Source of the DNA: Bacteroidales bacterium
GTDB taxonomy: Bacteria; Bacteroidota; Bacteroidia; Bacteroidales; UBA10428
Direction: 5' to 3'
Length of the DNA stretch: 64,000 nt
NCBI GenBank assembly: GCA_016936215.1
Contig: JAFGPL010000244.1
Coordinates: 983 to 64,982 of the forward strand
In this document: in pieces, positions 28,410 to 38,838 of the stretch
How the letters are laid out: every line of letters begins with the position of its first letter
Numbering within the stretch: position 1 is the stretch's first letter
Position numbers and translations under genes: made by a program
The notes under the pieces: model-generated
The model's input: only the letters and a program-made list of their open reading frames with translations
Told to the model about the DNA's origin: nothing
The model's database searches: none

Positions 28410-28680
28410 AGTTACTCCTCCTATGCTGCTAAAAAAATTAAATGGTAATTTACAAAAATTTAAGGCCTACGTCAAGGATATTCTAAAATAAAATTTCATT
28501 GATCGGGCGGTTTTTACAATAATTGTAGTGTATCTGTCAAATAGTCTGCGAAATCACAAACATATTTTCGGGTTTTACGTAACCACAATTCAGAAATTGA
28601 TTATTAAATGTTTACAACTTTCTCATTGCATTCATTCAATTTTTTAATATTTAAGACTATTTTTATTCCTTTAAATTATA

Positions 28681-31600
28681 ATGTTTTTTTTCTTTACTAA
28701 ATATCTTTTCAAAACACCGGCTAAAACAAAGATGTTCCCTAATTATTTCTTAAGAACAGGAATTTTGCTTTTATTGCTTTTTGCACCTGTTATCCTGCAT
28801 TCGCAAGTTGCCGAAAGCATACAGAACCAGATGAAATTCAGGCATATTACCATTGACAATGGTCTGTCGAGCAACAGGGTTATTTCAATTTGCCAGGATA
28901 ATTATGGCTATATGTGGATAGCTACCTTTAACGGACTAAACCGTTACAACGGAATTGATTTCAGGGTTTATTATCATCACGCCGGCAACCCGCACTCGTT
29001 GCCTTCTAACCTTATTTTTAAGGTCTTTTGCGATTCGAAAGGAAGGGTTTGGATAGGCTCCCGTCAAGGACTTTCATACTACGATGAAACAATAGATGGA
29101 TTTTTTCATCTGGAATTAAATGATAAAAGGCAGAATTATAGTGTTTATGACATTGAAGAGGATGCTGACCACAACCTCTGGATTGCCACTTACCGCGGAA
29201 TTGTTGTTTATTCTCTGGAAAAAAATGAGGTAACCGGCATATATGCCAAAAATTCAACTGGGATCAGCCTGCCGTCCGACTCCGTTTCATGCATTATGAT
29301 TGACAGGAAAGAGAATGTCTGGTTTTCTGCATTTGATAAGGGTTTAAGCTTTTTAAACCTGGCTACAGGCGAATATAAACATATCCGGCAAATGCCCGAT
29401 GGCAGCGGAGGATTGCCCGATAACAGGATAGACGATATTTATGAAGACAATAGCGGAAAAATTTGGATTGCTACTTATAACGGCGGGGTTAGTTTGCTCG
29501 ATCCGCATAGTTTTGCAATAACACACTATAATATTGATCAGAAAAACCCTTATACAGAAAGGGTAAGGGTAATTTTTGAAGACAATGCCAATAACCTCTT
29601 TTTTGGTACCAGGGGAGGCCTTTATGCCTTCAACCGTGAAAACAACACATTTTATCTTTATGCCGACAGCAAACACCGGTTTTCTCAGTTATCCCATAAT
29701 TCTATCCTTTGTTATTATAAGGATAAAAACAATGGTCTCTGGCTTGGCACCCATTATGGCGGCATTAATTATGCCGATATGAACAGAAAACCTTTTGCCT
29801 TTTTTACTGAGTTTGAAAACGATCAGCGTTTCTTAAACAGTAATATTGTTTTTACCTTTGCTAAAGACAGCAGGGGAAATCTTTACATTGGCACCGAAAA
29901 GGGACTGAATATTTACAATGAGAATACAAATACATTTAAATACCTGGTTCACGATCCACAAAACATAAATTCACCTTCATATAATGACGTAAAATCGGTT
30001 GCACTTGACAAAGATGAAAACCTATGGATAGGCACCAACCTTGGAGGGCTTGATTATTACTCACCCCGCACCGGAAAATTCATCCATTACAGGCATAAAC
30101 CCGGCGATAGTACCAGCCTGCTGTCCGACAAAGTCTACAATGTGCATGTGGATTCGCGCAACAACCTTTGGGTGCTCACCAACAGCAACTGGGATGACCT
30201 GCCCAGCCAGCTTAGTTGTCTTGAATCGGGTTCCGGTGAATTCAAGCATTATAAGTATAGTTTCTATATCGGAATTTCAGAAAATGCGCGGGGCGATCTC
30301 AGGGTAGGGGGAATTGGCGGATTTTGGCTGTTTGATTATGAGAAAAGAAAATTCACTTTTGTAGAAAACGATTCTTTGATCGGAAAGGTTTATGCCGTAT
30401 ATGAAGATACACGGGGGAACATCTGGACGGGAAGCAACAGGGGGCTTGCAAGGTATAACCGCGAAACAAATACCTTCGCTGATTATACTTACGACAAAGG
30501 GTACCCGTTTTCCAACGTGTATGGCATTCTTGAGGATAATCACCTTAATTTGTGGATTTCTACAAATTCAGGATTAGTCAAGATGACCAAGGCGGTTATA
30601 ATGCCCGGTAAAATTAAATACCAGGTATACGATACAAAAGATGGCATACAGAGTAAAGAGTTTAATTATAATGCATATTATAAAGCCGCCGACGGAATGT
30701 TTTATTTCGGGGGCATCAACGGTTTTAATGCATTTTATCCCGATATAATAAAAGACAACGAATTCAGGCCCGATATTGTAATTTCTGATTTGCTTATAAA
30801 CAATCAGAGCGTTCCTGTGGGCATAAAATTCAACGGCCGTGTTATTTTGGAAAACCCAATCAGCAATACAAAAAAGATCAGGCTCAGGAACAGGGACAGG
30901 ATTTTCACCCTGCGTTTTGATGCCCTGCATTACTCAAATCCAGAACAAAACAGCTACCTGTATATGCTTTCGGGTTTCGATAAAGACTACATCAGGGCGA
31001 ATGCATACAATAATTATGTTACTTATACCGGGTTACCGGCTGATGAATATACATTCAAAGTCTATGGGGCCAATTTTGATGACATACGTTCAGAACAACC
31101 TGCCGAACTTATAATTAAAATTTTGCCCCCTGTTTGGCGTACCTGGTGGTTCAGGATAATTGCTTTCATCATGCTTGTTACAGCTTCACTGGCATATGCT
31201 TATCTGAGATCGGCAAAACTAAGGAAGCAGAAACGGTTGCTCGAAAAAGCCGTGGAAGAAAGAACCTCTGAACTTAATAAATCTTATCACGAACTGAAAA
31301 GCCACCAGGATGAACTGGTGGCGCGAAATGAAGAGATACAGGCCCAGAAAGAAGAAATTGTGCAGCAAAGAGACCAGATACATATGCAAAACGAACAACT
31401 CACCCAATCTTATGAAAAGATAAAAATCTTAAGTGATTTTGGTAAAAAACTCGCGTCAACCTTAAACCTTGATGCCATTAATGACATGATATTCAATTAT
31501 GTTAGTTCACTTACCGATACTTCGGTATTTGGCATCGGTATTTATGATGAAAAAACAAAAAGCATATTTTTTTCAAGGCTTATCGAAAACAATATTTCAA

Positions 31601-33159
31601 TTCCCCCGTTCTCAAGTTTTCTCAACGATTCCACAAGCTGCGCGGCTTTATGCTTCAAGAACCAGCAGATAATAATGAGCAACGATTACGAGCAGGAGTA
31701 TAAAAATTATATCACCGAGCTTATGGTGCGGTCTTCATCAGTACCAAAATCTTTGATTTACATCCCCCTAACGGTGATGGAAAAGAAAATTGGTATTCTC
31801 ACTGTTCAGAGCTACAGGAAGAACGCGTATACGGAAAAAGACCTGAATACACTGCAATCGCTGGCATCATACATAGCCATAGCGCTTGATAATGCTGCCG
31901 CCTACGAAATTATTAAAAATCAGTTTCAGGAACTGGAAAAGCACCGTAACGAATTGGAACTATTGGTGCAGGAACGCACAAGCGACCTTGAAAAAGCCAA
32001 GGAAAAAGCCGAAGAGAGCGACCGTCTGAAATCAGCCTTTCTTGCAAATATGTCGCATGAAATACGTACCCCCCTCAACGCCATTGTTGGTTTTGTCAAC
32101 CTGCTCAGCGAAGACCAGATTGTGGAAGATGAGAAACGCGAATTCTACCAGATCATCCAGAGCAACGGATTCACCCTGCTTAACCTTATCAACGATATTA
32201 TAGATTTCTCGAAAATCGAAGCAGGACAGATGGATATCACCCTCTCCGAAATAAGGCTCGATAAACTTTTTAACGAAATTTACCATATATACATTGAAGA
32301 ACTTCGCAGGCTTAGCCAGAATTCAAAACAACAGGTAGAGATAAAGTTAAACACCGACCTTCTCGACGCTGTGCCGGTATTGGCAACAGATTATGTGAGG
32401 CTGAAACAGATATTTTGTAACCTTATTCACAATGCGATAAAATTCACACGAAACGGGTCTATTGAATTTGGAATTAAAAAACTCTCAGAAGATGGCAAAG
32501 TTACCTTTTATGTAAAAGATACAGGTATTGGAATTGATAAAAAGAATTTTGAAATCATTTTTGAACGTTTCAGGAAAATTGAGGATGATACCATGACCCT
32601 ATACAGGGGAACGGGTTTGGGATTATCCATTACCAAATATCTTGTAGAGCGGTTAGGCGGTGAAATCTGGCTTGATTCAGAGGTTGGAAAAGGTACCGAA
32701 TTTTTCTTTTCACTTCCGCTTACGGTGGCAGAAAAATCCTCCTCCCAAAAAGTAACCAGGATAACAACCACTGGGTTGCCTATCCCTAACTGGTCGAAAA
32801 GCGGTTTGCTTGTTGTAGAAGATGAAGGCTCTAATTTTTTGGTTATTGACTCGATGCTTAAAAAGACCAATATTGAAATTTTCTGGGCAAAAAATGGTGA
32901 AGAAGCAATAGAGATTTTCAAGAAAAATATTAATAAAATCAACCTGGTGCTCATGGATATCAAGCTCCCGAAGATGGATGGGTTTGAAGCGGCCAAAGAA
33001 ATAAAAAAGGTAAAAGATACGGTACCAATCATAGCCCAGACAGCATATGCATTGCCAAGAGAAGAGCACCTGATAAGGCAGGAGAATTTTGACGACTATC
33101 TTTCAAAGCCTATTGTGCGGGATAAGCTTATAAGGCTGATGTCGCAGTATTTAAGCTGA
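28681..33159 (+). CDS. Hybrid sensor kinase with periplasmic tandem beta-propellers + Y_Y_Y, TM, coiled coil, GAF, HisKA, HATPase, REC
   Basis: Repeated propeller motifs (W(I/V)(A/G)T..GL..Y). YLYMLSGFDKDY...YTFKV Y_Y_Y domain. TM helix WWFRIIAFIMLVTASLAYAYL. SHEIRTPLNAI, NLIHNAIKFT, DTGIGI, GTGLGLSI. REC LLVVEDE...LVLMDIKLP. An alternative start at 28732 (MFPNYF...) is possible. Confidence 0.9.
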   Translation: MFFFFTKYLFKTPAKTKMFPNYFLRTGILLLLLFAPVILHSQVAESIQNQMKFRHITIDNGLSSNRVISICQDNYGYMWIATFNGLNRYNGIDFRVYYHHAGNPHSLPSNLIFKVFCDSKGRVWIGSRQGLSYYDETIDGFFHLELNDKRQNYSVYDIEEDADHNLWIATYRGIVVYSLEKNEVTGIYAKNSTGISLPSDSVSCIMIDRKENVWFSAFDKGLSFLNLATGEYKHIRQMPDGSGGLPDNRIDDIYEDNSGKIWIATYNGGVSLLDPHSFAITHYNIDQKNPYTERVRVIFEDNANNLFFGTRGGLYAFNRENNTFYLYADSKHRFSQLSHNSILCYYKDKNNGLWLGTHYGGINYADMNRKPFAFFTEFENDQRFLNSNIVFTFAKDSRGNLYIGTEKGLNIYNENTNTFKYLVHDPQNINSPSYNDVKSVALDKDENLWIGTNLGGLDYYSPRTGKFIHYRHKPGDSTSLLSDKVYNVHVDSRNNLWVLTNSNWDDLPSQLSCLESGSGEFKHYKYSFYIGISENARGDLRVGGIGGFWLFDYEKRKFTFVENDSLIGKVYAVYEDTRGNIWTGSNRGLARYNRETNTFADYTYDKGYPFSNVYGILEDNHLNLWISTNSGLVKMTKAVIMPGKIKYQVYDTKDGIQSKEFNYNAYYKAADGMFYFGGINGFNAFYPDIIKDNEFRPDIVISDLLINNQSVPVGIKFNGRVILENPISNTKKIRLRNRDRIFTLRFDALHYSNPEQNSYLYMLSGFDKDYIRANAYNNYVTYTGLPADEYTFKVYGANFDDIRSEQPAELIIKILPPVWRTWWFRIIAFIMLVTASLAYAYLRSAKLRKQKRLLEKAVEERTSELNKSYHELKSHQDELVARNEEIQAQKEEIVQQRDQIHMQNEQLTQSYEKIKILSDFGKKLASTLNLDAINDMIFNYVSSLTDTSVFGIGIYDEKTKSIFFSRLIENNISIPPFSSFLNDSTSCAALCFKNQQIIMSNDYEQEYKNYITELMVRSSSVPKSLIYIPLTVMEKKIGILTVQSYRKNAYTEKDLNTLQSLASYIAIALDNAAAYEIIKNQFQELEKHRNELELLVQERTSDLEKAKEKAEESDRLKSAFLANMSHEIRTPLNAIVGFVNLLSEDQIVEDEKREFYQIIQSNGFTLLNLINDIIDFSKIEAGQMDITLSEIRLDKLFNEIYHIYIEELRRLSQNSKQQVEIKLNTDLLDAVPVLATDYVRLKQIFCNLIHNAIKFTRNGSIEFGIKKLSEDGKVTFYVKDTGIGIDKKNFEIIFERFRKIEDDTMTLYRGTGLGLSITKYLVERLGGEIWLDSEVGKGTEFFFSLPLTVAEKSSSQKVTRITTTGLPIPNWSKSGLLVVEDEGSNFLVIDSMLKKTNIEIFWAKNGEEAIEIFKKNINKINLVLMDIKLPKMDGFEAAKEIKKVKDTVPIIAQTAYALPREEHLIRQENFDDYLSKPIVRDKLIRLMSQYLS

Positions 33160-33269
33160 AAAAAGGTATTTTGCCTGAAATTATTTGTTGGATAATTGTC
33201 CCTGATCAAAATCATAACTTATTTTTAATTTATTCGCTTTTTTTACATAAACGATTAAAAACCAAAAAT

Positions 33270-34382
33270 ATGAAAGTAGGTTGTGTAAAAGAGATCAAGC
33301 ACCACGAATACCGGGTGGGGCTTACGCCGTCTGATGTAAAATCATATGTTTCACGCGGGCATCAGGTAATGGTCCAGAAAGATGCCGGGGTAGCCGCAGG
33401 TTTTGACGACACCGAATATGAAAAGGCGGGAGCCCGGATTATTGCCGACCGCAAACAAATCTTCGATAACTCTGAGATGATCGTGAAGGTAAAGGAACCG
33501 TTGCCGGAGGAGTATGATCTTTTTCACGAAAACCAGATACTTTTTACCTATCTGCACCTTGCAGCCAACCGTGTTCTTACCGAATCTCTTATGAGCAAAG
33601 GGATCAGGGGGGTGGCTTATGAAACCATCGAAAATGATGAAGGACAATTACCATGTCTGACACCTATGAGTGAAATTGCCGGCCGCCTGGCCGTGCAGGA
33701 AGGCGCCAAATACCTTGAAAAAACTTTTGGCGGGAGAGGTGTGCTGCTGGGCGGGGTGCCAGGCGTGGAGCGTGGTAAGGTCGGAATTATCGGTGGCGGG
33801 GTGGTTGGTACAAACGCCTGTAAAATTGCCACGGGTATGGGGGCCGAAGTTACCATCCTTGATGTAAACTCGCGCAGGCTTGCCTACCTTGATGATATTT
33901 TCGGGTCGCGTATTACAACGCTCTACAGCACCGATGCAAACATTGAAAAAATACTTACGGAATGTGACCTTATTATTGGCGCTGTTTTACTGGCAGGGGC
34001 CAAAGCACCTACGCTGGTTAGCAGGGGGCAGCTTAAACTGATGAAAAAAGGGGCGGTGATTGTTGATGTTGCCGTAGACCAGGGGGGCTGCGTTGAAACC
34101 ATACATCCTACCACCCACGACGATCCCGTGTATGTAATTGACGATGTGGTGCATTATGGTGTTGCCAACATGCCCGGCGCTGTTGCGCTAAGTTCAACAA
34201 AGGCGCTTACCAGTGCAACCCTGCCTTACGGATTGATGATCGCAGAGCTGGGACTGGAGGCAGCATGTAAAAAATCAAATGCCCTGAAGCTGGGAGTGAA
34301 TATTTACAGGGGTAAACTGGTTTATCCTGCAGTGGCAGCAGCATTCAACCTGCCTTGGTCTTCGGTTGATGAACTTTTATAG
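33270..34382 (+). CDS. ald: Alanine dehydrogenase
   Basis: ATG at 33270 gives the canonical MKVGCVKEIKHHEYRVGLTP. Also GVPGVERGKVGIIGGGVVGTNA and VDVAVDQGG. The listed upstream start adds a non-conserved 33-aa extension. Confidence 0.92.
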   Translation: MKVGCVKEIKHHEYRVGLTPSDVKSYVSRGHQVMVQKDAGVAAGFDDTEYEKAGARIIADRKQIFDNSEMIVKVKEPLPEEYDLFHENQILFTYLHLAANRVLTESLMSKGIRGVAYETIENDEGQLPCLTPMSEIAGRLAVQEGAKYLEKTFGGRGVLLGGVPGVERGKVGIIGGGVVGTNACKIATGMGAEVTILDVNSRRLAYLDDIFGSRITTLYSTDANIEKILTECDLIIGAVLLAGAKAPTLVSRGQLKLMKKGAVIVDVAVDQGGCVETIHPTTHDDPVYVIDDVVHYGVANMPGAVALSSTKALTSATLPYGLMIAELGLEAACKKSNALKLGVNIYRGKLVYPAVAAAFNLPWSSVDELL

Positions 34383-34479
34383 TATATCACAAACTTTATA
34401 CCGTAAACACCTTGTCCCAATTAAAAAAACCGTATATTTATGTGTTTACTTAAGTATTTGGGCAAAGATTTAGGAGCTT

Positions 34480-36723
34480 ATGGCCGCATTTAAAATTAAG
34501 GTTGAAGGATTGGTGCAGGGGGTGGGGTTCAGGCCTTATGTTTATCGCATTGCACAAAAATACAATATTTCAGGTACGGTTAAGAACATAACCGATGGTG
34601 TTGAAATCATTGCGCAGGGCGAAAACAACGATATAAAGAGTTTTCTTGATGGCATCAATAAAGGTGCCCCCGGCGCTGCGCAGTTGGAAAACATAACCGT
34701 GGTTGAGACAGGGCTGCAATCTTTTAGTGGTTTTGCAATTGTACAAAGTGAAGACAATTCCCATACAATCACAGGTATAAGCCCCGATATTGCCGTTTGC
34801 GACGATTGTCTTAAAGATATGGCAACTCAACCGCACAGGCTTTCATACCCATTGATCAATTGTACCAACTGCGGCCCGCGCTTCACCATCATCAAAGACC
34901 TGCCGTATGACCGTGGTAACACAACCATGCAGCCTTTTGAAATGTGCCAGGTATGCTGGGAGGAATACAATAACATCCTCGACCGGCGTTTTCATGCACA
35001 GCCGCTCGCATGCAACCATTGCGGGCCAACCTATCAAATGGTCGCAGATAATAAACATACCAACATAACCAGCGAAATACTTATTTCGGCAGCAGAAATG
35101 CTCGCCAATGGCAAAATAATTGCCCTTAAAGGGACAGGAGGTTTTCACCTGATGTGCAATGCACTTGACGATGCGGCAGTGAGCCGTTTGCGGGCATCAA
35201 AAAAAAGGGAAGGAAAACCTTTTGCAGTTCTGTTCAGAAATATCGGGGCTATTCAGCAATATGCCGCTGTGAATTCAATCGAAGAAGAATCGCTTACCAG
35301 TTGGCGTAGACCGATTGTTTTGCTTCAAATGAAAAAGCAACTGGCAGCCTCGGTAACTCAGGGGCTAAATACCATCGGTGCATTTCTTCCATACATGCCC
35401 TTTCATTACCTTCTTTTCGAAAAAACCGACCTCCCGGCGCTGGTGCTTACAAGCGGCAACCTTGCCGATGAACCCATTGTTACCGACGAGGACAAGGCAA
35501 AGCTGGTTTTTAAGGATATTGCAGATGCTGTGATATATTACAACCGCGAAATATACAATCGTACTGATGATTCTGTGGTGCGGGTTATAGCTGGTAAAGA
35601 AAGGGTATTAAGACGCTCAAGGGGTTATGTGCCTTCACCCGTGAAAACTTCACTTAAGGTTGACGGGATTCTTGCCACGGGTGCAGAACTTGTAAATTGT
35701 TTTTGCATTGGCAAAGGACAACAGGCCATTTTGAGCCAGCATATCGGAGATCTCAAAAATATCGAGACCTTTACGTTCTACACCGAAACGATTGAAAAGT
35801 TTAAAAGGCTGTTTCGTTTTCACCCTGAACTAATGGTTCACGACCTGCATCCCGATTACCTTTCTTCAAAGTATGTTCTCGGGCAGGACACAGAAAAACT
35901 TGCCGTTCAGCACCACCACGCGCACATTGCTTCGTGTATAGCCGAACATGGTCTCGATGAAAAGGTAATAGGGGTGAGTTTTGATGGCACCGGCCTGGGT
36001 GAGGATGGCCATATCTGGGGAAGCGAATTTTTAATATGCGACCTGGAAGGCTTTGAGAGGTACCTGCACTTCAGGTACATACCACTGCCCGGTGGTGACA
36101 AGGCTGTTGAAGAACCCTGGCGTACCGCGGTTTCATATCTTTACCAGGTTTTTGGCCCGCATATTAAATTGCTCGATATTCCTTTTCTCAATAAAATGGA
36201 AGAAAAAAAGCTCGATCGCATTATCGAAGCCATAGATAAAAACATAAATGTTCCGCTTTCATCAGGTGCCGGGCGGCTTTTTGATGCCGTGGCTGCCTTG
36301 CTCGATGTATGTACGGTTGCTAACTACCATGCTGAGGCTCCCATGCACCTTGAAGCGCTTACAGTCGGTTCAGTAAGTTCAAGGTATGAGATTGCAGTGG
36401 GTGAAGTCATTTCGTTTGCTGAAATGTTCCAGCAGTTAATTGAAGACATTAAAAAAAGAACCCCTGTTGAAATCATGGCTACCAAATTTCATAATACCAT
36501 TATTTATACTGTTTTAAAGGTTGTCCTGAAGATAAGGCGCGAAACTGCCCTTAACAAGGTTGTCCTCTCTGGAGGCACTTTTCAGAATAAATATTTAACT
36601 GAAAGGGTGGAGGCATTGCTCGAAAAAAACAATTTTGAAGTATTTTCGCATCACAGGGTGCCCTGCAACGATGGTGGCATAGCGCTGGGGCAACTGGTGA
36701 TAGCAGCTAAAAGAAGGAAATAA
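34480..36723 (+). CDS. hypF: [NiFe] hydrogenase maturation carbamoyltransferase
   Basis: Acylphosphatase domain (VEGLVQGVGFRPYVY). Two CxxC-x18-CxxC zinc fingers (CDDC..CTNCGPRF, CQVC..CNHCGP). YrdC-like and Kae1-like domains. 747 aa. Confidence 0.92.
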   Translation: MAAFKIKVEGLVQGVGFRPYVYRIAQKYNISGTVKNITDGVEIIAQGENNDIKSFLDGINKGAPGAAQLENITVVETGLQSFSGFAIVQSEDNSHTITGISPDIAVCDDCLKDMATQPHRLSYPLINCTNCGPRFTIIKDLPYDRGNTTMQPFEMCQVCWEEYNNILDRRFHAQPLACNHCGPTYQMVADNKHTNITSEILISAAEMLANGKIIALKGTGGFHLMCNALDDAAVSRLRASKKREGKPFAVLFRNIGAIQQYAAVNSIEEESLTSWRRPIVLLQMKKQLAASVTQGLNTIGAFLPYMPFHYLLFEKTDLPALVLTSGNLADEPIVTDEDKAKLVFKDIADAVIYYNREIYNRTDDSVVRVIAGKERVLRRSRGYVPSPVKTSLKVDGILATGAELVNCFCIGKGQQAILSQHIGDLKNIETFTFYTETIEKFKRLFRFHPELMVHDLHPDYLSSKYVLGQDTEKLAVQHHHAHIASCIAEHGLDEKVIGVSFDGTGLGEDGHIWGSEFLICDLEGFERYLHFRYIPLPGGDKAVEEPWRTAVSYLYQVFGPHIKLLDIPFLNKMEEKKLDRIIEAIDKNINVPLSSGAGRLFDAVAALLDVCTVANYHAEAPMHLEALTVGSVSSRYEIAVGEVISFAEMFQQLIEDIKKRTPVEIMATKFHNTIIYTVLKVVLKIRRETALNKVVLSGGTFQNKYLTERVEALLEKNNFEVFSHHRVPCNDGGIALGQLVIAAKRRK

Positions 36724-36724
36724 C

Positions 36725-36952
36725 ATGTGTCTTGGAATACCGGGAAAAATATTGGAAATTAATGGTGATATTGCCAAAGCCTCCGTGGGGGGGGCTATTG
36801 TAAATGCCGGTCTCCACCTGGTTGATGATGCAAGGGTGGGGGATTACGTTTTGATCCACACAGGATTTGCCCTGCAGAAAATAAGTGAGGAGGAAGCGCT
36901 TGAAACAATCAGGCTGCTTGAAGAGCTGAACAATCCTGAAAACCTTGTTTAA
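36725..36952 (+). CDS. hypC: Hydrogenase assembly chaperone
   Basis: Starts MCLGIPGKI, the invariant N-terminal Cys motif. 75 aa. Begins 1 nt after the hypF stop. Confidence 0.9.
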   Translation: MCLGIPGKILEINGDIAKASVGGAIVNAGLHLVDDARVGDYVLIHTGFALQKISEEEALETIRLLEELNNPENLV

Positions 36953-36966
36953 GCAGGAGGGTATGC

Positions 36967-38046
36967 ATGAAATATGTGGACGAATTCAGGGACAGGTCGC
37001 TTGTTGCAGAACTTTCAAAAAAGATCAGGCAGATTTCAAAAACCCCCGTTACCATTATGGAGGTGTGCGGAGGGCATACCATGGCCATCAGAAGGTTTGG
37101 CATTCATACACTACTTCCTCCCACCATACGCCTTCTTTCCGGTCCCGGGTGCCCGGTGTGCGTTACCTCCCGCAACTATATTGACCGGTGTGTGGCCATG
37201 GCGAGGCTCCCGCAAGTGATCATCACTACTTACGGAGACCTGATAAGGGTTCCCGGTTCTTCCTCTACGCTTGCCGAAGAGAAAGCCGGGGGCGCAGATA
37301 TCAGGATCGTGTATTCGGTGCTCGAAGCCATTGAGATTGCAAAAGCAAACCCAGACAAAAAGATAATATTCCCCGCGATAGGTTTTGAAACTACCACCCC
37401 TTCAAGCGCAGTGGCCATCAAAGAGGCAGCGAAGCTTGGGCTTCATAATTTTTTTCTTTACAGCGCCCATAAGATTATGCCCCCTGCCATGTCTGCCCTC
37501 ATTGACGAGGGAGTGAAAATTGACGGGTACATAGGCCCGGGTCATGTAACCGCTGTTGCCGGCACCGCCATGTACAAAAAACTGATGGTAAAACATAAAA
37601 TCTCGGTGGTCATTTCCGGTTTTGAGCCGGTAGACTTATTGCAGTCTGTTTACATGCTGGTAAGGCAGATAGAGAATGGTGAGCATAAAATTGAAATTCA
37701 ATACAGGCGGGTGGTTACCGACAGGGGCAACACCAAAGCACAGACATTGGTAAACGAGGTGTTCGTGCCACGCGATGACTGGTGGCGCGGACTGGGTGTG
37801 CTCAAGAAAAGTGGCCTGGGCCTTAGGCCTGTCTTTAGTGCTTTCGATGCCGAAAAACAGGTACAAGTTGATGTTGAACCCACCATCGAGCCGAAAGGCT
37901 GTATCTGCGGCGAAGTATTGAAAGGAACAAAACTCCCTGTTGACTGCAAATTGTTCGGCAAGGTATGCACACCTGCCAATCCTGTGGGTGCATGCATGGT
38001 CTCTGGCGAAGGTGCCTGCCAGTCGTATTACAGTTACAGGGGGTAA
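36967..38046 (+). CDS. hypD: Hydrogenase maturation Fe-S protein
   Basis: MKYVDEFRD, MEVCGGHT, GPGCPVCV, GFETT and PGHV motifs. Confidence 0.92.
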   Translation: MKYVDEFRDRSLVAELSKKIRQISKTPVTIMEVCGGHTMAIRRFGIHTLLPPTIRLLSGPGCPVCVTSRNYIDRCVAMARLPQVIITTYGDLIRVPGSSSTLAEEKAGGADIRIVYSVLEAIEIAKANPDKKIIFPAIGFETTTPSSAVAIKEAAKLGLHNFFLYSAHKIMPPAMSALIDEGVKIDGYIGPGHVTAVAGTAMYKKLMVKHKISVVISGFEPVDLLQSVYMLVRQIENGEHKIEIQYRRVVTDRGNTKAQTLVNEVFVPRDDWWRGLGVLKKSGLGLRPVFSAFDAEKQVQVDVEPTIEPKGCICGEVLKGTKLPVDCKLFGKVCTPANPVGACMVSGEGACQSYYSYRG

Positions 38047-38101
38047 ACTGTTTCTAATTTCGGCAACATCAAAACAGGGAATACATTTTTAAAAATAGAA
38101 T

Positions 38102-38815
38102 ATGGAAAAACAATGGTCAGTGTTTTATAAGATTGGTGCAATATGCGCGTTGCTTGCTTTTTTGTTTATGGTTGCAGAAATAATGCTCACTGCGCTGCCC
38201 GATGGCACTATTGCAGAGTTCAATACCTTGCAGGTTTTTGAGCTTTATAACACAAACCGCTTTATGGCGATGCGCAATATGGGGTTGATAAATATTTTCG
38301 CCACTACCCTTGCATTGCCTGTGTATTTTGCACTTTATGGATTACACCGTGACAAACAAAAGGTGGCAGCTGCTTTTGCATTGCTTCTTTGCGTTGTTAG
38401 TTATGCAATATTTATGGCAGATAATGCTGTATTTCCGTTCATACATCTTGCCGATAAATATTTGAACACATCCTCTGCTGATGAAAAGGCCATTCTGCTG
38501 GCCGCCGGTGAGGCGTTATTTGCCAAAGGGGCAAGCCATACCCCCGGGACTTTTCCGGGATTTTTCCTTGGCCAGATTGCCGGTATTATAGTTTCAATAG
38601 TTATTATCAAAGGGAAAATACTCAAAAAGTCTGCAGGGATTACCGGCCTTATTGCCTTTACTTTCCTGCTTTTGTTCGAGATACTCTCATCTTTTTTTGG
38701 TATAACCTCCCGGGGGGTGTATTTTATTGTTGGTGTTGGAGGAATTTTTGCACTGGCATGGTACCTTTTTATTGCTGCAGGTTTATTCCGGTATCCGAAT
38801 CATGCAAAGGATTAA
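38102..38815 (+). CDS. Polytopic membrane protein (possibly DUF4386-like), unknown function
   Basis: ATG start, about 6 hydrophobic helices. Follows hypD where hypE is usually found. No catalytic motifs. Confidence 0.6.
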   Translation: MEKQWSVFYKIGAICALLAFLFMVAEIMLTALPDGTIAEFNTLQVFELYNTNRFMAMRNMGLINIFATTLALPVYFALYGLHRDKQKVAAAFALLLCVVSYAIFMADNAVFPFIHLADKYLNTSSADEKAILLAAGEALFAKGASHTPGTFPGFFLGQIAGIIVSIVIIKGKILKKSAGITGLIAFTFLLLFEILSSFFGITSRGVYFIVGVGGIFALAWYLFIAAGLFRYPNHAKD

Positions 38816-38838
38816 TTTTAACAGCAAACGACCGGCTA

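Noticed and set aside
36945-37219. Two 79-81-aa ORFs overlapping the 5' end of hypD in other frames
   Set aside because: The hypD frame carries the conserved MKYVDEFRD...CGGHT...GPGCPVC motifs. The alternative frames give basic, proline-rich nonsense.
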